A stretch of DNA of 57,085 bases from Octopus bimaculoides. Lineage: Eukaryota. The notes under the pieces are model-generated. The model saw only the letters and a program-made list of their open reading frames with translations. It searched no databases and was not told where the DNA came from. The stretch spans positions 27,784,197 to 27,841,281 of the forward strand of contig NC_069001.1 of the NCBI RefSeq assembly GCF_001194135.2, written 5' to 3'. Each line of letters opens with the position of its first letter. The first letter of the stretch is position 1. Shown here one piece after another: positions 48,953 to 57,085 of this stretch. Position numbers and translations under genes: made by a program.

Positions 48953-48972
48953 CATCATCATCATCATCATCT
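48861..48972. repeat. Compound (TTC)n(ATT)n(ATC)n microsatellite
   Basis: Read directly. Confidence 0.95.
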
Positions 48973-49044
48973 TCTGATTGAACTGCATTTTATTTCATCA
49001 TTATTGTTGCTATTATTGATATTATTATCATCATTGTTAAGGAA

Positions 49045-49236
49045 GTGAACTAGCAGACTGGTTAGCACGCCGGTCGAAACGCTTAGGGGCATTTCATCCG
49101 TCTTTACGTTCTGAGTTCAAATTCTCACCCGAGGTCGGCTTTGTCTTTATTGTTTCGTGTACAAGTTGAGCATTGGGGACGATGTAATCAAACCACCACA
49201 AAATTTCAGGCCCCTTGCACCAATAGTAGAATGGAT
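49045..49236 (+). mobile_element. tRNA-derived SINE, family A
   Basis: GCAGACTGGTTAGCACGCCGGTCGAAACGCTTAG head, B box GAGTTCAAATTC, and tail TAGTAGAATGG(ATT)n. Confidence 0.85.
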
Positions 49237-49244
49237 TATTATTG

Positions 49245-49285
49245 TTACTACTACTACTACTACTACTACTACTACGACAAAAACA

Positions 49286-49334
<49 letters not shown>

Positions 49335-49408
49335 TTGCGACTACTACTACTACTACTACTACTACGACAAAAACAACTACTACTACTACTACTACTACTA
49401 CTATTGCG

Positions 49409-49460
<52 letters not shown>

Positions 49461-49690
49461 TTGCGACTACTACTACTACTACTACTACTACGACAAAAAC
49501 AACTACTACTACTACTACTACTACTACTATTGCGACTACTACTACTACTATTACTACCACCACCGCCACCACCACCACCATCAACACCACCACCACCACA
49601 ACCACTACTGCTACTACTACTACTACTAGTTCTACTGCTGCTTCTGCTACTACTACTACTGCTGCTGCTACTACTACTAATACTACCACT
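49245..49690. repeat. (TAC)n microsatellite with higher-order variant units
   Basis: GACAAAAACAAC at 49276, 49366 and 49492. ATTGCGAC at 49334, 49403, 49460 and 49529. Confidence 0.95.
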
Positions 49691-50367
49691 TCGGATACTA
49701 ATACACTTACTAACATTACGATATATTTGCCTTGTCATTCCCTTTTACCAACATTATGCTCATCGCATCAAATATATATTGATATACCTCACATGTTTCC
49801 AAACCAGGAAAAAGATAATTTGCAGTTTCTCTCTCCATTTTTGAAGCGAGTATCGAAAACAATTTCTAAAATGAATATTGCGAATTTTGTAAGGAGAAAC
49901 ATACGATGTATACGGTTTGGTTCCTTCTTTACTTGAGGATGTAACTAAAAATTATACATTAAAATAAAAGCAAAATATTTTTTTTCTATTATAATCTCAT
50001 ATTCATCTTTCTTCCCCACCTGTCTTCAGTCTTTCTCCAGTCTTTCTCTGTATCTATTAGTAAATATATATATATTCGAGTTGTGTGTTTGTAGGTACGC
50101 ATGTATGAATGCGTTTATATATATATATATATCGCATGTATGTGAATATATATGTGCGTTTGTATATGTTTGTGTGTATGTGTGTGTGTGTGGGTGTGTG
50201 TGTGTTAGTATTCACGTATGTATGTACGCATGCATGTTTGAATGAATGTATATATATGCGTATGTATGCGTATGCATGCGTATCACTAGCTTCTTTTCCC
50301 TATTTCCGATCTCTGAATAATATCTACCCGTTTTATTGATGTTGATTCGTGTTAAATATGATTTTGC

Positions 50368-50409
<42 letters not shown>

Positions 50410-52139
50410 GTCAAGTTAATTTTCCTATTGACTCAGAGAATGGAAGAGAATGAGGGTACGCACTAAATGTCAATATGACACAAGCATGAAAAAGAATAAT
50501 ACATAAATACCATACATTCTTGGTGATGGGAACATCAATTGAAGTAGTTAGAATCCATTAGAATTTGGTTATCAATGCCATAACTACATCTATACTTGCT
50601 TTCTACTTCATTAAACCTAAAAGTATAAAACAATCAATAAAAGTAGGAAACTATGTAAAATGTTCCTTGAATACCTTATTTTCATTATTTTCTTCGTTGA
50701 ATACAGATTTCTTTAAGTGTGCGTTTTGCCTGTTCTCTATCTTAAGTGTAAAGCCTCCTTAAACCAAATGCATATTCTATAGCGTAATAATCACTTATTC
50801 AGCATCTGTATAATACAAATAGATGAACAGACATTAACTCGGATAGGATGTGTACAAACCATTGTTTTGTATATGTATAAAAGCATATTTTTTGCTTCAA
50901 TCTCAATAGCGCTTGCCAACAGCATTATTTATATACGTAGTCTTATTAATATACAAACCGCATAGAAATAGTCCCATGCATGCAAGCGTGTATGTATACT
51001 CCCGTGTACCTGCGTACCCACCTGGTGGAGGGGATGTAAGTGTGTGTGTGCAATGCATGCGATCACTAGAAACATCGAGAATTCTATAAACTATGTAATT
51101 ATTTCAGCGATATCTCAAACAGAGAGCAAAAGGAAATGTAATCTATTAGTGCATTTACAGAACAAGATATTATATATATCATCATAGTATGTGATATATT
51201 ATATTACGTTATATTACGTTATGTTATATTATATTTATAGATAATATATCAAATAATCTAATTTTGCTTGAATAGAACATATTTAATACTTATCAATCAC
51301 AGTTTTGGATTCCTAGGTCCTTTGCAGATTAAAGTACATCTGACATGAAAATACCTTTCCACTTTTTTTAATTAAACAGGACCTAAGAAGTATATATTTA
51401 TATTTAACCGGGGAAACTGTTTGAATATAATTTTGTGATAAAAAAAATTTGGTTCTGTTTTTTTTTTTTTTTTTTTTTTGTGAGTAAATAGCAAATCTTA
51501 GTGCAACCGGTTCATTTGAAAATGGTACATTAAGTCGAATTTTAAAAATGGAGATGCGTATAGTACTTAAAATCTGTTGAATTCCTTGGTTATATATTGA
51601 TTCCTCCCTTTCCGACGCCTTCTCACAGTACTTCATACACCCCTGCAAAACGAAAAAATTATAACTGTGGATTATTTCACTGCACTTAACGCATCCATAT
51701 ACAAAAGCCAACCAAATCCATGAAAAAAGACTAAAATCTGCTTCATATATATTGCTACTACACGTGAAAATATGATAGACTATTCGCCACAGTTACCCTC
51801 ACCACGAAGCCACACAGTCGATGCCATAACTGAATATCGATGAAGTAAACCAAAACGTTTCCACACACTTTCAAAAAAGACTGTAGGATGATATCTACCA
51901 TGGGATACAATCCATATTCGAATGAGACTGCAGTGTACATATGTATTCAACAATATAATGGAAGTGATATTTAACACAATATATCCCATAAAATAATACA
52001 GTAATTACACAACTGATGTAAAAAAATTAATACTGAGTTTTTAAAATAATTGGGGGCAAATTCGAAAAAAATCTACACACACCACGCTTAATAGTGAAAT
52101 AATTACGAATAGTAATCGTGTCAAATACAAGCACATGAC

Positions 52140-52250
52140 CAGAGGTTTTGGTGGAATTGTTTTGCTTAGTAAATCGACACTAACTCTTGGCTGGTACTTA
52201 TTTTGTTATAAGCGAAAGAACGAAGTGTAAAGTCTTTGAGATTTGAACTG
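52140..52250 (-). mobile_element. SINE family A, decayed 3' half
   Basis: TAAATCGAC...CTGGTACTTATTTT...GAAAG...AAAGTC...ATTTGAACT. Confidence 0.55.
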
Positions 52251-53244
52251 AAGTTGTGAAGATCACAACTCAGTATAAAAAAATCAAGAAATCCTACACT
52301 GGAACTTTTCTGCCAAACAGAAGCTTATAAATTAAAGAAATGCGTATAAAATCAAAATTAATACCAATATATACAAAATGGTATTCAGTAACTAACTTTA
52401 TAAAGATCGCCAAAAAGAATCATACCACGTTATTTTACTGCTCATCATTCTATCTGAACTACTAACGATGTGAACAATGATTTTAAAACAAAAGATTTAA
52501 AAATAAAAGATGTATAGCCATGCTACAATACAATACAAACAGACGTATATACGCGTGTATGTGTGGCTGTTTCTCTTTGCATATCCTATCATAAACTATT
52601 ATAGGATTCCTAAACGATTAAAGGTGAGGGATATAAATGTCGATAACTAAAAAAAGTGTTTTTCTCGAATGAAGTTATGTCTGGCAAGTATTCAGCATCA
52701 AGTTACGTACAAACCAAAATGCCACCGTGTTTTTACAGACGTCTCAGATAAAGTGAACGAATGAGAGGCTTGTTACGAATCTGTAACTTATGGTGCTATA
52801 GGTTAAAGATTACTCATCAACATTGATAAATTAATTAATTAACAAATAACTGAATGGTGTCACTACGATATTGTTTCGATTATTCCTTAATGTAAAATGA
52901 TATTACAAAGTTATTAATTGCTCTGTGACAGTGGTGCTTGTCGTGTCCTGCGGTTTCTGTCACGCTTTCAGCTGCATCGGATAAGTTTGCAGTTACAAAG
53001 AAATCACAAAAAGAATCCTTAGCATGGATCCTCTTGCGATATCATGAGCCATAGTCTGATATATAAACTGCGAAAACAAGTGGAGGTAAAAAGCATAGGC
53101 ACAAACAAACATCGTAAGTGTAACGAGGTATTTGTTAGTTTACATTTATGTCTAATAGAGTAAAAAAATGATCAACAGACAAACAACCAAATCATTGGAT
53201 TTATGCGTTTTCAGCTGTATATATGCTATCGTATTTTTGATTCA

Positions 53245-53297
<53 letters not shown>

Positions 53298-53961
53298 NNN
53301 NNNNNNNNNNNNNNNNNNNNNNNNNNNNNNNNNNNNNNNNNNNNNNNNNNNNNNNNNNNNNNNNNNNNNNNNNNNNNNNNNNNNNNNNNNNNNNNNNNNN
53401 NNNNNNNNNNNNNNNNNNNNNNNNNNNNNNNNNNNNNNNNNNNNNNNNNNNNNNNNNNNNNNNNNNNNNNNNNNNNNNNNNNNNNNNNNNNNNNNNNNNN
53501 NNNNNNNNNNNNNNNNNNNNNNNNNNNNNNNNNNNNNNNNNNNNNNTATATATATATATATATATATATTTGCAGGTGCTTTAAAGGCAGGAAAATATTT
53601 TGGCATTTTCCTTGAATACCTGCAAGCAATATTTTATCCTTGTGTTAGGAATTGGTTTATCTATAACATATTATTCCTAAGAGTTTTATAAAATATTTAA
53701 ATATTTCGTTCTATTTCTGGCACTGTATTTATTTATTTATCTTTCCTTTCCAAAACTGAAAGAAATTTATTGGAATATAATCAATATGCATATGAAATAC
53801 TTTGTACCGGGGAGACAAGAAATATAAACAGGTTTGCATTTAAATGCTACGTGACTCAATATGTCCCCGAGAATATTACGGAAATATAAACGGTTTTACG
53901 TTTTAACAAAATGCTAACAAATAATAAATCTGTTGCTAAAATATAATTACTCACATGGTTT

Positions 53962-54355
53962 CCTGTTGTTGTTGCTGGCACTCCGTCGCTTGCAACGTCT
54001 AGGGTTCCAGTTGATCCGATCAACGGAACAGCCTGCTCGTGAAATTAACGTGCAAATGGCTGAGCACTCCACAGACACGTGTACCCTTAACGCAGTTCTC
54101 GAGGATATTCAGCGTGACACAGTGTGACAAGGCTGACCCTTTGAATTACAGGTACAACAGAAACAGGAAGTAAGAGTGAGAGAAAATTGTGGTGAAACAG
54201 TACAGCAGGGTTCGCCACCATCCCCTGCCGGAGCCTCGTGGAGCTTTTAGGTGCTTTCGATCAATAAACACTCACAACGCCCTGTCTGGGAATCGAAACC
54301 GCAATCCGATGACCGCGAGTCCGCTGCCCTAACCACTGGGCCATTGCGCCTCCAC
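53962..54355 (-). mobile_element. tRNA(Arg)-like SINE, family C, full length with TSD
   Basis: Head GGAGGCGCAATGGCCCAGTGGTTAGGGCAGCGGAC-TCG-CGGTC...GGTTTCGATTCCC has A and B boxes. (AAC)n tail. Direct repeat ACTCACATGGTTT at 53949-53961 and 54354-54366. Confidence 0.92.
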
Positions 54356-54888
54356 TCACATGGTTTGCACGAAGGCAGCATAAAAGAAGCCAGCGCAATG
54401 TACGACGCAGTGTGAGCGATTCCAGAAATAATAGTTGTCAGGTGAAATTCTTATCAAGGAGAACATTCAAAGAGTTATTAACAGCACAAATTTGTTCTCC
54501 TTTACAATTGTAGCTTTGAAACAACAAGGTTAAATCATGAACTATTTCTCAATGTCAACGTCAGTGTAAATAAACTGAACTGTTTTCACCCTGAAATATT
54601 GAACTGCTTCAATCTTATACACTTTTGAAATAAATGAAGTTGTTTCAGTTTAAAAGTAATTCACATGCATGTTAATTATGTCGCGGCATGAAATTCTGAG
54701 ATATTAACCTTCCCTTCAATAACAGAATCATGAGACGTACACTGTGTTAATTATTTAATTAACTAATTGCTAAATTAAATGTCCATCAACAAAATAATTA
54801 AAGGCGTTACAAAAACATCAAGAGCATCGATGTATGAATGTATGTTTAAGTTAAATATTATTTCCGTTAAGGGATTATAACTATGGCC

Positions 54889-54956
<68 letters not shown>

Positions 54957-55429
54957 GACATATGTATATATGTGTATTTATACACGCATGCATATATGAT
55001 TGTACATATATCTACGCGTAAGTATAAATATATATATGTATGTGTTTATAAATAGTAGTAACTGATGCTATATGTGTACTTCATGTAGTATATACAGTAT
55101 ATGAACGAACATGTGTATATGTGCATATAGTTTATTAGTGATTAATTAAGTTTAAATTAATTTGAAAGTATTGTGACACTTCCTTGATGAAAATGTCAAT
55201 CCTTCGCTTGGAATCTTATCTATTCTATTTTGAAAACTGTTTGTGTTAATTAAAATTACAAAAATCCTATCTCCTCAAATTATATACACAGAAATACACA
55301 ACTGCGCATACATATATACATGCATATATATGCATGTATATATGTATGCGTATATATAAAGACATACGCGCACGCACACACAGATATGTAAATATATACA
55401 CGCACATACATGCATACAAACACGCACAT

Positions 55430-55441
55430 ACATACATTCAA

Positions 55442-55538
<97 letters not shown>

Positions 55539-55540
55539 TA
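55430..55540. repeat. (CATA)n(TA)n(CA)n compound microsatellite
   Basis: Read directly. Confidence 0.9.
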
Positions 55541-55956
55541 CATGCATATTCAAATATGCACGCATGCACGAGCATGTTTGCCCTTAAATTTGCGTATGTG
55601 CGTGTAATTGTGTGTAAACATGTGTGAACGCGCGTGAATTTTACATTAATTAAATATTGTGAACGTTCACACCATCTCTTTCTAATTCCATTAATGAACA
55701 TTGCGACAATATTTTTTTTTATCATTATCATTGTTTTTGCATGAATAGCCTAGTATTTTTCCTCTGTTACAAATTTTCAATTAACACAAGAAGTCATTTA
55801 ATTCACAAATCCTTAAGTAATCTTTTTATTTCATAGCACTGCTCGCTTCGTAAGTGATAATTCTTGGGTAGCTTTTTCTAGGTAACTCTTCTCTTCCCAT
55901 GCATGCTTTTTTTTAAAGCTGTAAAGAACCGGAGTTGCTAGTGCATTATGTAAAAC

Positions 55957-56165
55957 AGCGAGCTGGCAGAGTCGTTAGCATGCTGGGCGATATGCTTAGC
56001 GGTATTTCGCCGTCGCTACGTTTTGAGTTCAAATGCCGCCGATGTCGAATATGCCTTTCATCCTTTCAGAGTCGATAAATTAAGTATCAGTTGCGTACTA
56101 GGGTCGATATCATCGACTGGCCCCTCCCCCAAAATTTCGGGCCTTGTGCCTAGAGTAGAAAAGAT
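55957..56165 (+). mobile_element. tRNA-derived SINE, family A, near full length
   Basis: GCGAGCTGGCAGAGTCGTTAGC (A box), GAGTTCAAATGCC (B box), and tail GGCCTTGTGCCTAGAGTAGAAAAG. Confidence 0.92.
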
Positions 56166-56199
56166 GCTACTCTAATAATAATAATAATAATGAAAATGA

Positions 56200-56525
56200 G
56201 GAGCAGGAGACCCCATTCGCTCACGAATGACCAAGGTATTGCACCAAGAAATTTACCCTCCGAGGTACAAGTCTGGGCAAGGTTGTTTGTGGAAGGCTAG
56301 CAGTCACCCATGCATACCAGCCTCCTCTCTCCACACCACTAATGTCATCCAAGAGAAAGGCAAAGACTGATACAGCTTGGTACCATTTCTACAGCTGAGT
56401 TAACTGGAGCAACGTGAAATAAAGTGTCTTGCTGAAGAACACAACACGCAGCCCGGTCCAGAATTCGAACTCACAGCCTCACGATCGTAAGTTCGACGCT
56501 CTAACGACTGAGCCATGCACCTTCA
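56200..56525 (-). mobile_element. tRNA-derived SINE, family D
   Basis: Head GTGCATGGCTCAGTCGTTAGAGCG...GAGTTCGAATTC, then the central block GTTGTGTTCTTCAGCAAGACACTTTATTTCAC.TTGCTCCAG...CAGCTGTAGAAATG, which resembles the conserved V/Meta-type SINE core. (ATT)n on both sides on the SINE strand. Confidence 0.85.
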
Positions 56526-57035
56526 CAATAATAATAGTAGTAATAATAATAATAATAATAATAACAATAATAATAATAATAATAAAGGAGGCAACAGAAA
56601 ATTCTTTGATCACATTATGCTGAAAACTTAAACAGCCAAAATAGATTTACACCACTCTTACACTTGAAGCAACTACGAATGGATTCAAGCGCAACTGCAG
56701 GAACAACCTAGTTTAAACGAGAACGGAGACTCTGTTATAGAATGCGAAATGAGCTTACGCCAGCCTATGTAAATTCACACACTAGGGAACATTAAAGCAA
56801 ATTTCCATACATTATTGTGATACATGACGAAGATAAGAAATGCATTTGAAAGGATGTAACGATTGTCAGCTTATAAGATAGATATGTCTGGAATAAATTC
56901 ACTGTTTGTAATATAACTGTCCACAATAGAAAACTTTCTAAAATCAGATACATACAATTAACTGCTATTATCCTGTGTATGGCTAATAAATATGTTTGGA
57001 TGCGTAAGACCGTATGTATGTGTGTATGCGTGTAC

Positions 57036-57085
<50 letters not shown>
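57036..57085. repeat. (TA)n microsatellite
   Basis: Perfect run to the window end. Confidence 0.95.

Noticed and set aside
52932-53090. RVLRFLSRF, an ion-channel S4-like string after an acceptor-like TGTGACAG
   Set aside because: That frame stops before the next donor, and the motif is too short.
54290-54355. tRNA gene (also heads at 16020-16084, 20090-20160, 55957-56040 and 56450-56525)
   Set aside because: A and B boxes are present, but the acceptor stems are incomplete and each continues into a SINE body, so these are SINE heads rather than tRNAs.
1618-57085. Dozens of ORFs such as YIYIYI, VCVCVC, THTHTH, poly-X and poly-L/Y/S/V
   Set aside because: They are translations of di-, tri- and tetranucleotide microsatellites or of N gaps, which contain no stop codons.
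1-57085. CRISPR arrays or prokaryotic operons
   Set aside because: There are no regularly spaced repeat-spacer units and no dense ORFs. The sequence is eukaryotic repeat-rich DNA.

Overview
AT-rich eukaryotic genomic DNA, almost certainly from an octopus (inferred from recognisable Octopus-type SINE families and extreme (TA)n/(CA)n/(ATT)n density). It is a gapped short-read scaffold with 14 N-runs, most bounded by microsatellites. I can recognise no intact host gene, RNA gene or CRISPR array, and nearly all listed ORFs are microsatellite, N-gap or antisense-repeat artefacts. The window is a graveyard of mobile elements: at least four tRNA-derived SINE families (about 20 copies), R4/Dong-like REL-endonuclease LINE 3' fragments, an RTE LINE, a CR1-group LINE, a Penelope-like element interrupted by a Tc1/mariner MITE, three mariner relics, a dead piggyBac and a Helentron-type non-autonomous element. 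The most interesting unexplained items are: (i) a diverged ~303-bp tandem repeat directly upstream of a TATA / ATG / donor / branch point / acceptor / stop / AATAAA arrangement (14096-16345) that could encode a small, possibly secreted peptide; (ii) opposite-polarity coupling of Dong-like LINEs and SINEs to the same AAT/ATT microsatellites; (iii) an AATAT-initiated target-site duplication pattern in one SINE subfamily; (iv) decayed hammerhead-ribozyme-like motifs; and (v) a higher-order repeat arising inside a (TAC)n microsatellite. All gene-model findings are speculative, and family names come from motif recall rather than database searches.
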